Source of the DNA: Idiomarina loihiensis L2TR
GTDB taxonomy: Bacteria; Pseudomonadota; Gammaproteobacteria; Enterobacterales; Alteromonadaceae
Length of the DNA stretch: 32,000 nucleotides
Assembly (NCBI RefSeq): GCF_000008465.1
Contig: NC_006512.1
Span: 60,001-92,000, forward strand
Direction of reading: 5' to 3'
A program made the position numbers and the translations under genes. A model generated the notes under the pieces. The model made no database searches, was not told where the DNA came from, and saw only the letters and a program-made list of their open reading frames with translations. Within the stretch, counting starts at the first letter, position 1; each line of letters opens with the position of its first letter. Below, in pieces: positions 14,827-23,810 of the stretch.

Positions 14827-16209
14827 ATGAGTAACCAAATTACTACGATCAATCCCTCTAACGGCGAACAGCTGAAAAGCTATACGAAAATGGATCTTGC
14901 CGAGGTCACTCAGATAATCGAGGAGAGCCACGCTGCATTTTTACAATGGCGTCTTGAGTCGCTGGAGCAGCGTGCTAAGAGCGTGAAAGCTATCGGTAAG
15001 GCGCTGCAAGAACACAAGGAAGAGTTTGCCGACCTCATGGTTAAAGAAATGGGGAAACTGCCCGAACAGGCTCGTCAGGAAATCGACTTATGCGTGGGTA
15101 TATGCGACTACACCGCTGAGCATGGCCCGGAAGAGTTGGCTGATGAAGAACGCAAGCCAGGCAACGGTCAGCGAGGTATTGTCACTTACTCGCCAATTGG
15201 TATCGTCTACGGTATCCAGCCATGGAACTTTCCCGCTTATCAAGTCGTACGCTATTCGATAGCTAACATCATGGCCGGCAACACTGTGCTGCTGAAACAT
15301 GCTGAGAACGTTACCGGTAGCGGCTTGTTGCTGGAAAAAATTTATCGCGAAGCAGGACTGCCTGAAAACGTGTTCCGCACCTTGGTTATTTCCCACGAGA
15401 CTTCGGATGAAGTCATTGCTCACTCACTGGTACGTGGTGTGACTCTCACCGGGAGCGACGGCGCAGGACGTAAAGTGGCGACTCAGGCTGCTAAGCATCT
15501 CAAAAAGACGGTGCTGGAACTTGGCTCTAACGACGCGTACCTGGTGCTCGACGATGCCGACCTCGATGTTGCGGTGGATACCTGCGTTATGGGACGGGTA
15601 TTCAACACCGGACAGACTTGTGTGGCTGCCAAGCGGTTCGTGGTGACCGAGGCTAACTACGAGGCATTCAAAGAGCGCTATGTTGAGAAGATGAAAGCTC
15701 TGAAAGTTGGTGACCCTACGCAAAGCGATACGGATGTAGGCCCTATGGCCCGTGTTGATCTGCGAGACCAATTGCATAAACAGGTTGAAGAAAGCGTGAG
15801 TAAAGGCGCCCGCATACTTTGTGGCGGGGAGAAACCTGAGGGCAAAGGTGCCTTTTATCCGGTAACCGTGCTGGAAAATGTCGAACCGGGTCAGCCGGCT
15901 TACGATGACGAGCTGTTCGGCCCAGTTGCCGCATTGATTCGTGCTAAGGATGACGAAGACGCTATGCGCATAGCTAACGACAGCCGCTACGGCCTTGGTG
16001 GTGGTATTATCTCAAAAGATGTGCAGCGTGCCACGGAGTTGGCGAGCAAATACTTCGATACCGGTATGGTTTTCATCAACGGCTTCGGCGTTGCAACACC
16101 AGAGATGCCCTTTGGTGGTGTTAAGGACTCAGGCTACGGCCGCGAACATGGCGGTTTTGGCATGCATGAGTTTGTTAATGTTAAGGCAATCAACGTGGTT
16201 AAGGAGTAA
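14827..16209 (+). CDS. NAD(P)+-dependent aldehyde dehydrogenase, Sad/YneI-like succinate-semialdehyde dehydrogenase family
   Basis: 460 aa. From memory, it aligns along its length with E. coli YneI (INP.NGEQL..., PWNFP, LLKHA.NV.G, catalytic Glu in VLELGS, catalytic Cys in NTGQTCVAAKRF, and C-terminal GGVK.SG.GRE). GGGAGA RBS is present. Confidence 0.9.
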   Translation: MSNQITTINPSNGEQLKSYTKMDLAEVTQIIEESHAAFLQWRLESLEQRAKSVKAIGKALQEHKEEFADLMVKEMGKLPEQARQEIDLCVGICDYTAEHGPEELADEERKPGNGQRGIVTYSPIGIVYGIQPWNFPAYQVVRYSIANIMAGNTVLLKHAENVTGSGLLLEKIYREAGLPENVFRTLVISHETSDEVIAHSLVRGVTLTGSDGAGRKVATQAAKHLKKTVLELGSNDAYLVLDDADLDVAVDTCVMGRVFNTGQTCVAAKRFVVTEANYEAFKERYVEKMKALKVGDPTQSDTDVGPMARVDLRDQLHKQVEESVSKGARILCGGEKPEGKGAFYPVTVLENVEPGQPAYDDELFGPVAALIRAKDDEDAMRIANDSRYGLGGGIISKDVQRATELASKYFDTGMVFINGFGVATPEMPFGGVKDSGYGREHGGFGMHEFVNVKAINVVKE

Positions 16210-16237
16210 TTCCTCGCAGGGTTAGCTTTTAACTTAC

Positions 16238-16264
16238 CGGCCACTCCTCAATGAGTGGCCGTTT
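16238..16264 (+). terminator. Intrinsic terminator (CGGCCACTC-ctcaat-GAGTGGCCG + TTT)
   Basis: Perfect 9-bp GC-rich stem 29 nt after the dehydrogenase stop, followed by tttat. It lies between convergent genes. Confidence 0.65.
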
Positions 16265-16299
16265 ATAAACTCTTTTGTCCCCGTCTTTTCTGTCAGCAA

Positions 16300-17385
16300 C
16301 TACTGCTGGGTCTGATTTAACGCCTGAATAGCAAAGCTGCCAAGCCAGTGACCACCTTCGTAGCTATCGCCGATTAGATTAGGGTATGAGTGCGCCATAT
16401 GCTTATCGGCTATTTTGCGTAAATGCCTGTACTGCGGGTATTGGTTAGCCAGCGCATAGAGGTTCCAGGCGCGGCTGAAATTTAAACCGTCCAGATGAAC
16501 CAGTTTGCCATCGGTTCTGTCGCCAACTTCACCTACCGCCAGACTGAATTCTGGGTCAGCGAGTTGTGGCATAAAATCATCCAGCCAGGTTAAAAACTGC
16601 TGCTTCGGTAGAACGCGCTGCATTAAGCCAATTTCTTCCAGGCAGGGCGAAAGAAAGTCGTAGCCGCTGGGCTCCCAGCCTATGGGGCAGTTTTTATCTT
16701 CCAGAAAATAGTCTTTCGCGCGTTTGGCAATTAACTGCTGTAGTCCGGTGTGCTGCTGGTTAACGGCATAGTCGTAGGCGAAACTTAAGCCAAAGGCTGT
16801 GTTGGTATGCTCGCCCACACGCACTGGGTAAACTAATCGAGGTAAGAAGTTGATATAGCGCTCAACAATTAAATCGGCTAATGGTTGTAAGTTAGCGGCT
16901 AGGTCTTTGGCCATAGGGTCTTCCCATGAATGGAGCTCGTCAGACAGCTTTAACAGCCAGGCCCAGCCGTAAGTGCGCTCAAACGAGTCATTAATATCTT
17001 TACTGAAAAAGTCGACTTCGCGCGCCACTTTCTCGGCGGTTAAATTACGTTTAAGTATGGCTTTGACTTCGTCGGCCTGTTCTAAGTCCGGAAACTGACG
17101 CAGCAACGTCACCATTGACCAATAACCATGAGCGGCGCTGTGCCAGTCAAAACAGCCGTAAAAAACCGGGTGCAGAACCGACGGTTCCTTTAAATCATCG
17201 GCACTGCCTAATATTATTCCTGTTTTGTATGGATAAGGTGTCTCGACACAATGCAGTGGTAGCTCCACCAGCTTATTGGCTTCCGAGAGGCTGAGCTCGT
17301 GTGACGATGCGTTATTATCGGCCGCCTGAGTGAACAGGCTAACCGACATGAGTAGGGCACTGCTTATAATGCCGCGAATATTCAT
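16300..17385 (-). CDS. Secreted DUF2891-like protein (family assignment from memory)
   Basis: 361 aa with signal peptide MNIRGIISSALLMSVSLFTQAAD. The FYGCFDWHSAAHGYW motif resembles DUF2891 as I recall it. It starts 37 bp downstream of the ptrB stop on the same strand. Confidence 0.7.
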   Translation of the reverse strand: MNIRGIISSALLMSVSLFTQAADNNASSHELSLSEANKLVELPLHCVETPYPYKTGIILGSADDLKEPSVLHPVFYGCFDWHSAAHGYWSMVTLLRQFPDLEQADEVKAILKRNLTAEKVAREVDFFSKDINDSFERTYGWAWLLKLSDELHSWEDPMAKDLAANLQPLADLIVERYINFLPRLVYPVRVGEHTNTAFGLSFAYDYAVNQQHTGLQQLIAKRAKDYFLEDKNCPIGWEPSGYDFLSPCLEEIGLMQRVLPKQQFLTWLDDFMPQLADPEFSLAVGEVGDRTDGKLVHLDGLNFSRAWNLYALANQYPQYRHLRKIADKHMAHSYPNLIGDSYEGGHWLGSFAIQALNQTQQ

Positions 17386-17422
17386 AATGTTGCCTTATAT
17401 GCTGGAGACTGTGTTAACTGGC

Positions 17423-19585
17423 TCATTGGTTTTTCAGTAAATCGAGAAAGAAAGCGTATTCCAGCGCCGTGTTTTGCAAGCGCTTAAAGCGCCCGGAAAC
17501 ACCACCGTGACCCGCTTCCATTTCGGTTTTAAACAGCAGCAGATTATCATCGGTTTTATAATCCCTGAGCTTAGCGACCCACTTGGCTGGTTCGAAATAC
17601 TGCACTTGTGAGTCAAAGAGTCCGGTGGTTACCAGCAGGTTAGGGTAGTCCTGTGCGCTGATTTGATCATAAGGTGAATACGACAACATATAGTCGTAAT
17701 AGACTTTCTCTTTCGGGTTACCCCACTCGTCAAACTCGTTGGTAGTGAGAGGAATACTCTCATCCAGCATGGTCGTCACAACATCGACAAAAGGTACATG
17801 TGCCGCTACGCCAAGGTAAAGCTCCGGTGCCTGATTGATCACTGCGCCCATTAACAGGCCACCAGCACTACCACCCATGGCAAAGACTTTATCCTCTGCG
17901 CCATAGCCTTGCTCAACCAATGACTTAGTCACATCAACAAAGTCATTAAAGGTATTTTTCTTGCTCAGTTTTTTGCCGTCTTCGTACCAGGTGCGACCGA
18001 GCATTTGTGAGCCGCGAATATGGGCGATAGCAAAAACAAAGCCGCGATCCAGTAAGCTTAGACGGTTGCTGCTAAAGCTGGGTTCTGAAGTAGAACCGTA
18101 AGAGCCATAACCGTATTGATAAAGTGGGTTGGCGCCATCTTTTTTAAATTTGTCCTTACGGTAAACCAGTGTTACCGGTACCTCAGCACCGTCCCGGGCG
18201 GTGACAAATAACCGTTCGGAAGCGTAGTTTTCAGGTTTAAAATCGCCAAGTACAGGCTGTTGCTTTAACAGCGTTTTATCCAGACTGTTCAGGTCTACAT
18301 TATAATGGCTACCCGGAGTGGTCATACTGGTGTAGTAAAGGCGCAGCTCAGGGTTATCGGCTTCTTTGTTACCGTAAAAATACAGCGTGTAAGCTTTGTC
18401 GCGGAATGAAAGCTCTTGTTCATCACCGGTATTTAGGTTTCGTACGAACACCTCTGTTAGTCCGCGCTGGCGCTGTTTATAAACCAAATGCTGGTCAAAC
18501 AGCTCAATGTCTTCCAGTCGAGTGTCTTCTTTATGTGGAATAACTTCCTGCCAGTGCTGCTTGTCGCCAAGCTTATCTGCGCTTACCCGCATCAGGCGAA
18601 AGTTCACGGCATCCAGATTGGTCAACACATAATAATCATCACCGTGTTTAGCTATGCTGTATTCCAGGCCGTCTTCCCGTGGCACAAACTCAACCGGCTT
18701 GGCGTTGGGGTCATTGGCATCAATTAGCGAGACGCCTTTAGATTCGGTCGCATCATGGATAATATAAATTTTTGAGTCGTCTTTGCTTTTGCGAATGCCG
18801 GTGTAAAAGGTTGTGTCCTGCTCTTCATAGACCAGTTCATCTTGTTGCTGTTCGGTACCCACTTTATGACGATATACTTGATAACCCAGCAGGGTTTCCG
18901 GGTCTTTCTTTATGTAGTAAAAATGCTGTCCGTCGTTACCCCAGACAATATCGCCAGACGTATTTTTGATTTGATCCGGGAGTAACTCACCGGTTTTCAT
19001 ATTCTTAAGTTTAATTTCATACATACGGCGGCTAACGGTATCTTCACTATAGGCAAGAATCGCATCGTCCGGGCTAACTTCAAGACTGCCTACGGAGTAA
19101 TAATCTTTACCTTCAGCAAGCTCATTAACATTTAACAAAATTTGCTTGTTGGTACCGGAAAAATCTGTACTGCGAACGTAAATCGGGTATTCGTTATCGC
19201 CGCGCATTTCTGTTGAGTAATAGTAGTCGCCGTCACGTACTGGTACGGAGTTATCATCTTTGGCAATGCGGCTTTTCATTTCTTCAAACAGCTTTTGCTG
19301 CAAATCTTCCGTGTGAGCCAGCATCTCATCCGTATAAGCGTTCTCTGCCTCAAGATAAGCCAGTACTTTAGGGTCTTTACGTTCATCGTCCCGCATCCAG
19401 TAATAATTATCGATGCGGGTATCACCATGAATGGTCATTTCATGAGGGACTTTTTCTGCTACCGGAGCTTCAACGCCTTGTTTAGAGGTCGATGAGCTGG
19501 TATCGGTGTTTTGATTCGCGGGAGAGCAGGCCTGCAATAATGCAGCACTTAATAGAGCAATATAAAGGGGGCGAAGTTTTTGCAT
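17423..19585 (-). CDS. ptrB: Oligopeptidase B (protease II, S9A) with a lipoprotein-type signal peptide
   Basis: HGDTRIDNYYWMRDDERKDPKVLAYLEAEN matches the E. coli PtrB N-terminal signature. The catalytic serine motif GGSAGGLL is present, along with C-terminal Asp/His regions. The N-terminus MQKLRPLYIALLSAALLQAC has a lipobox (LQAC). Confidence 0.93.
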   Translation of the reverse strand: MQKLRPLYIALLSAALLQACSPANQNTDTSSSTSKQGVEAPVAEKVPHEMTIHGDTRIDNYYWMRDDERKDPKVLAYLEAENAYTDEMLAHTEDLQQKLFEEMKSRIAKDDNSVPVRDGDYYYSTEMRGDNEYPIYVRSTDFSGTNKQILLNVNELAEGKDYYSVGSLEVSPDDAILAYSEDTVSRRMYEIKLKNMKTGELLPDQIKNTSGDIVWGNDGQHFYYIKKDPETLLGYQVYRHKVGTEQQQDELVYEEQDTTFYTGIRKSKDDSKIYIIHDATESKGVSLIDANDPNAKPVEFVPREDGLEYSIAKHGDDYYVLTNLDAVNFRLMRVSADKLGDKQHWQEVIPHKEDTRLEDIELFDQHLVYKQRQRGLTEVFVRNLNTGDEQELSFRDKAYTLYFYGNKEADNPELRLYYTSMTTPGSHYNVDLNSLDKTLLKQQPVLGDFKPENYASERLFVTARDGAEVPVTLVYRKDKFKKDGANPLYQYGYGSYGSTSEPSFSSNRLSLLDRGFVFAIAHIRGSQMLGRTWYEDGKKLSKKNTFNDFVDVTKSLVEQGYGAEDKVFAMGGSAGGLLMGAVINQAPELYLGVAAHVPFVDVVTTMLDESIPLTTNEFDEWGNPKEKVYYDYMLSYSPYDQISAQDYPNLLVTTGLFDSQVQYFEPAKWVAKLRDYKTDDNLLLFKTEMEAGHGGVSGRFKRLQNTALEYAFFLDLLKNQ

Positions 19586-19716
19586 GTGGAGATCTCGTTA
19601 TGATTATTATTTTAATTCAAATGATATTAACAAAGTTATAATTTGTTAGCTATATCGGGGGAAGCCAGGTATTTATAGGCTTTTCTTAATTTCAGTAGTC
19701 TGGTCTTAAAAGCAAA

Positions 19717-19743
19717 AAGCCCAGCAACATCCTTGCTGGGCTT
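19717..19743 (-). terminator. Intrinsic terminator of dps (AAGCCCAGCAA-ggatg-TTGCTGGGCTT + T-run on the minus strand)
   Basis: Perfect 11-bp stem 31 nt after the dps stop. On the minus strand it is followed by tttgctttt. Confidence 0.75.
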
Positions 19744-19773
19744 CCGGATTGGTTTACTAATTGTACAAATTAA

Positions 19774-20289
19774 TTAGCTTTTGAGTTCACCCGATGCTGA
19801 CTCGATATGAGCACGGACAAACCACTGGAATTGCTCAAGCTCAGCGAGTTGGCCAGTGAGCATGTCTTCCGAAACAGGGTCTAGTTCAGCGAGTTTATTG
19901 AGCGCGTCTCTGTGGTCTTTATTAACACCGTTGTACACTTTATCAAGCGCAACCAGATGTTCAGTGACCAGACCCCTGCCTATCGAATAGTCTTTCCATG
20001 AACGGCGGTCCACAATTGACTGCGGGGTACCGGCGGGAACGCCGCCCATAGTGGCGATGCGCTCTGCGATGGTATCGGTCATTTCACGAATGCTATCAAC
20101 CTGCGGGTCCAGCATTTCGTGTACGCCAATAAAGTTTGGACCAACCACGTTCCAGTGAACATGTTTAAGCGTCAGTTGAAGGTCAAGCAGTGCAACCAGA
20201 CGGTCGTCGAGCAGCGCTATAGCGTCTTGGGCAGATTCGTTTTTAATCCCAGGGGCGGTGAATTCAGCTGTTTTATCACTTGTATTCAT
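19774..20289 (-). CDS. dps: Dps (DNA starvation/stationary-phase protection, ferritin-like)
   Basis: 171 aa. The signature LDLQLTLKHVHWNVVGPNFIGVHEMLDPQVD and ferroxidase-site residues are present. A strong AGGAGG RBS precedes the ATG. Confidence 0.93.
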   Translation of the reverse strand: MNTSDKTAEFTAPGIKNESAQDAIALLDDRLVALLDLQLTLKHVHWNVVGPNFIGVHEMLDPQVDSIREMTDTIAERIATMGGVPAGTPQSIVDRRSWKDYSIGRGLVTEHLVALDKVYNGVNKDHRDALNKLAELDPVSEDMLTGQLAELEQFQWFVRAHIESASGELKS

Positions 20290-20361
20290 TATTCCTCCTG
20301 TTATTTGTTCATCACTCCTTTATACGCGTAAATCGATGCAATGGATCTTTACGCTTAGCAA

Positions 20362-20397
20362 GCAACGACGGCCACCCTATATGGTGGCCGTCGTTGC
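20362..20397 (-). terminator. Perfect 15-bp-stem hairpin downstream of the OYE gene and upstream of dps
   Basis: GCAACGACGGCCACC-ctatat-GGTGGCCGTCGTTGC lies 24 nt after the OYE stop on the minus strand. The tail (ttgct) is only weakly T-rich. Confidence 0.5.
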
Positions 20398-20420
20398 CGA
20401 AAGCGCGAAAAACTTATTGC

Positions 20421-21509
20421 CTAGTAGCGTTCAAGCCAGTGTGCATAAGGTGCAGGTAATACCCAGGAAGGCTTCTCGACACGCAGTACTTTGGCGGCGT
20501 CGTAAGGCCAGTGAGGATTCTCCAGATGAGCACGACCAACCATGACCAAATCCAGTTGCCCTTGTGCAATGGTGTGTTCTGCCAGTTGAGGTAAATCAAT
20601 GCCCCAGGCGGAAGCCACTGGAATATCTACTTCTTTACGAATGCGCTCCGCAATAGGTGCCATAAAGCCTGGGCCCCAGGGAATGTTGGCGTTTGGTGTT
20701 GAGAAACTGATACTGACATTTAAAAAGTCCAGTCCCTCTGCTTTTAGCAACTGAGTCAGCTTAACGGATTCCTGCATTTGCTGTTCGTCATTGCCATCAA
20801 ATTCAATCACGCCGAAGCGCGCGGTTAGCGGGAAGTTATCTGGCCATACTTGTTTTACCGCACGAACTGTCTCTACCAGGAACCGGGCACGGTTCTCAAA
20901 CGAACCACCATATTCGTCAGTACGCTGGTTAGCATGAGCTGAAAAGAAGCTCTGGCCTAAGTAGCCGTGAGCAAAGTGCAGTTCAAGCCATTCAAATCCT
21001 AAGTCACGAGCTCGTTCGGCAGCGGCGACAAAGTCGATTTGCACGCGTTTTATGTCATCCAGCGACATTTCTTCAGGTTCGCGAGGCAGGTTTGCACCAA
21101 AAGCGATAGGAGAAGGCGATATTGGCTGCCAGCCTCTAGTATCATTTTCAGCTATGTGGTCGTCACCGTCCCAAGGGCGGTTTGCGCTGGCTTTGCGGCC
21201 GGCGTGGCCAATTTGAATGCCGGCAACGGCGCCTGCTTTTTTTATATTCTCCACAACAGGCGCAAAAGCTTGTGCCTGTTCGTCGTTCCAGAGGCCTGTG
21301 CAGTTAGGGGTAATGCGCCCTTCAGGGGAAACTGCGGTGGCTTCGACAATGACTAAGCCAGCACCGCCACGCGCCAGGCTGGTGTAATGGCTTAAATGCC
21401 AGTCGTTAACGACACCGTCTTCAGCCATATATTGGCACATTGGGGGAACGGCAATGCGGTTACGCAAACGGACGTCTTTTAACTCGAACGGTTGAAATAG
21501 TGCGGACAC
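20421..21509 (-). CDS. NADH:flavin oxidoreductase, Old Yellow Enzyme family (YqjM-like)
   Basis: 362 aa. RNRIAVPPMCQYMA is the YqjM-class Cys motif. Also present are GLVIVEATAVSPEGRI, HAGRKAS, and a TIM-barrel OYE layout. GTG start with AGGAG 8 nt upstream. Confidence 0.9.
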   Translation of the reverse strand: MSALFQPFELKDVRLRNRIAVPPMCQYMAEDGVVNDWHLSHYTSLARGGAGLVIVEATAVSPEGRITPNCTGLWNDEQAQAFAPVVENIKKAGAVAGIQIGHAGRKASANRPWDGDDHIAENDTRGWQPISPSPIAFGANLPREPEEMSLDDIKRVQIDFVAAAERARDLGFEWLELHFAHGYLGQSFFSAHANQRTDEYGGSFENRARFLVETVRAVKQVWPDNFPLTARFGVIEFDGNDEQQMQESVKLTQLLKAEGLDFLNVSISFSTPNANIPWGPGFMAPIAERIRKEVDIPVASAWGIDLPQLAEHTIAQGQLDLVMVGRAHLENPHWPYDAAKVLRVEKPSWVLPAPYAHWLERY

Positions 21510-21649
21510 CTTAAGTACTCCTGTTAATTACTGCGCTTGCTGTAAAAGCAATTTTGAAGCACCTATACTAGCTCGGGCACTGGTTTGAGATAATTAGAAA
21601 TAATCTATCTCAACCATCGAAAAAATGAATCAAACGAACGCCGCCCTGA

Positions 21650-23578
21650 CTAACCTTTCTGCTCCCGCGTCTCGACATCCAGTTTGAAGTCGACGACTTT
21701 CGTTTCGCCGCGATACCAGAGCTCAATACTTTCAGGCTGCCCGTAATAATAGAACACATGCACCGGTTCGCCGTCTTCGCGCTCAAGTAGAATAACGTTG
21801 TCAAAGGGCTGCAGGTATTTTTGCTCTGCGTTCTTCGCGAAAATTCGGTTGCGAAGCTTTGTGTTTAACCGCGTGCCGTCAAGGGTTTCTTCGGGAGTAA
21901 ACACGCTGTAGTCAACAACAAGTCGGTTGTCGTCTAAGCGCATACCGTCGGGTAAATTGTCGGCGCTGTAGCTTTTTTTGACAATATCCGGTGCCGTTAA
22001 TAGCGGAATGCGGACTTCGATACGAGCTGGCGACTCCGGCATATACTCAGGGGTATACGCAAAGCCATATGTGGTGAAACTGAATACCTCATCTTTGTCG
22101 CGTGTTAACTCAATGGTTTCGTCTGCGTCATCGAAAAATTTCACCATTTCGGTCAGTATCACTCGCTTAAATTTTGGCTCTAAGTTGAAGTGGTAGCGGT
22201 CTGAACTGCTGATAAAAAGCTGGCTTTGTACCGGCGGGTATTTCAGATAGATCCGTTCTGTGTGTTGATATTCCGGAAGGTGCCGACTTTTTTCATAGCG
22301 AATATCAATAAGCTGTTTCATTTCTTCTTCGGTTAAATCGACTCGTCGTTTTGGCCTTTCATCATAAACCGGGCCTGCCAGGTCGATATCAGGCAAAGTG
22401 CTTAAATCAATCTCATCACTATTGTCTTGTTGGCCAAGGAAGTGAATTGGAATTTCAATTTTGTGAGTTACTTTATCGCGGGTTTTCTTGCGGGGCAGCA
22501 AAGTCACTCGTGCGGTAGCTACAGGCCCCATAAAGGCAAAGGCTTTATGCAGAACGCGGCCTTCGCCTACGGAAAGTTTGTCATGTAAGTTATTGCCTTC
22601 GGTGCGTACGGTTTCTGCATCAACTTCACCCCGCATGGCTCGTTCTATGATTTCGTCAAGCCATTCACTCATTCGTTCGTGATAATCAGACTGCAGTGTC
22701 GTATCCATTCGCAGTTGAAGTTCCCGCTCGGTTGGCGAGAGGGCTTCACCAATAATGTCTTCGTCTCGCAGCGGCATTGCCTGGTCATCCGGTACTTCAA
22801 TTTTTATGTCGTAGTTAAAATCACCGGCCTTAACCAGAGTGACAGAATATCCGCGCTGCTCTTGAGTTTTGCCCACATCGCTTGCTTTAAACTCGAACTG
22901 AAGCACATCTTTGGGTAACTCAGTTTCAACGTCGCCGAGCAGTTTAACGGGTTGTAGGTCGTCTTCGGTACGCGGCTCTTTGAAATAAAAGCGTTCTGGG
23001 TCGTAACGAATTTCATCGGTTTGGGCAACCCAGTCTAATAGGTCAGGTAGGGCTTTGACGTCGCCGTTATCCATCACTACCTGGGTAAACTGCAGCTGAC
23101 TTTTAAAGGGAAAAGCAAAAGGTTCACGAACCTGAAACCACTGACCCTCGCGTGAAGCGGTGGAAGCCACAAAGTTGTTACGGTAAATATCCAGAAGCTT
23201 TTGTGGGCTTTCGTAGTCTTTTAGTCGTTTAAATCGGTCGGCGGTGTAGGGGCGACCTAAGGGGCCTATGTAAGAAGCCTTGAAAGGCTCAACATAAAAG
23301 TACTGCGCAGGTTTTTCATCGAATTTTATCGTTCTGTAAATGTTCCGGTGGGCTATAAACTCCTCGCCCTCCAGAGCTTCAAACAAAGCTTTATCTTCAA
23401 TGGTTTGGATTTTTTTCTTACGCTCTTTTCTCTTTTGCTGTAATTCAGCTAAAGCCGCTTCTTTTTGCTCCACACTCAGTACCTCTCTTGCTGAATAACT
23501 GTCGTTACTGTTGCAACCCAGCGTAATAGCGCCCGCTGAAAGTGCGCCAATAAGCAACAAAATTCCTTTTTTATTCAT
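21650..23578 (-). CDS. Orphan 642-aa predicted lipoprotein, no domain recognised
   Basis: Signal peptide with lipobox MNKKGILLLIGALSAGAITLGC, followed by Asn at +2. The mature protein is long, highly charged and non-repetitive. I recognise no catalytic or family motif. Confidence 0.75.
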   Translation of the reverse strand: MNKKGILLLIGALSAGAITLGCNSNDSYSAREVLSVEQKEAALAELQQKRKERKKKIQTIEDKALFEALEGEEFIAHRNIYRTIKFDEKPAQYFYVEPFKASYIGPLGRPYTADRFKRLKDYESPQKLLDIYRNNFVASTASREGQWFQVREPFAFPFKSQLQFTQVVMDNGDVKALPDLLDWVAQTDEIRYDPERFYFKEPRTEDDLQPVKLLGDVETELPKDVLQFEFKASDVGKTQEQRGYSVTLVKAGDFNYDIKIEVPDDQAMPLRDEDIIGEALSPTERELQLRMDTTLQSDYHERMSEWLDEIIERAMRGEVDAETVRTEGNNLHDKLSVGEGRVLHKAFAFMGPVATARVTLLPRKKTRDKVTHKIEIPIHFLGQQDNSDEIDLSTLPDIDLAGPVYDERPKRRVDLTEEEMKQLIDIRYEKSRHLPEYQHTERIYLKYPPVQSQLFISSSDRYHFNLEPKFKRVILTEMVKFFDDADETIELTRDKDEVFSFTTYGFAYTPEYMPESPARIEVRIPLLTAPDIVKKSYSADNLPDGMRLDDNRLVVDYSVFTPEETLDGTRLNTKLRNRIFAKNAEQKYLQPFDNVILLEREDGEPVHVFYYYGQPESIELWYRGETKVVDFKLDVETREQKG

Positions 23579-23810
23579 GACAGTACCTAATCTGTTTTAC
23601 TGATAGCTGTACCAGCTAGCGCTAAAAATTCTGTTCGTTTAAAGCATGACCGCTAAGAGTACCTGTTAAAGCGCACAATTTTAAGTTAAGGCTTTGTAAA
23701 AACACAGGCTAGCGGCGGGTTTTACTCGCTAGCCGGCTGATGAGCGCTATAGAGTTGTCGTATACTGGCAAATATGAGACTACTGCTACAAAAATAGACC
23801 GGAAATAACC

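Noticed and set aside
15026-15934. Several ORFs (both strands) within the aldehyde dehydrogenase gene
   Set aside because: These are shadow or out-of-frame ORFs inside a full-length ALDH with its catalytic Cys and Glu in place.
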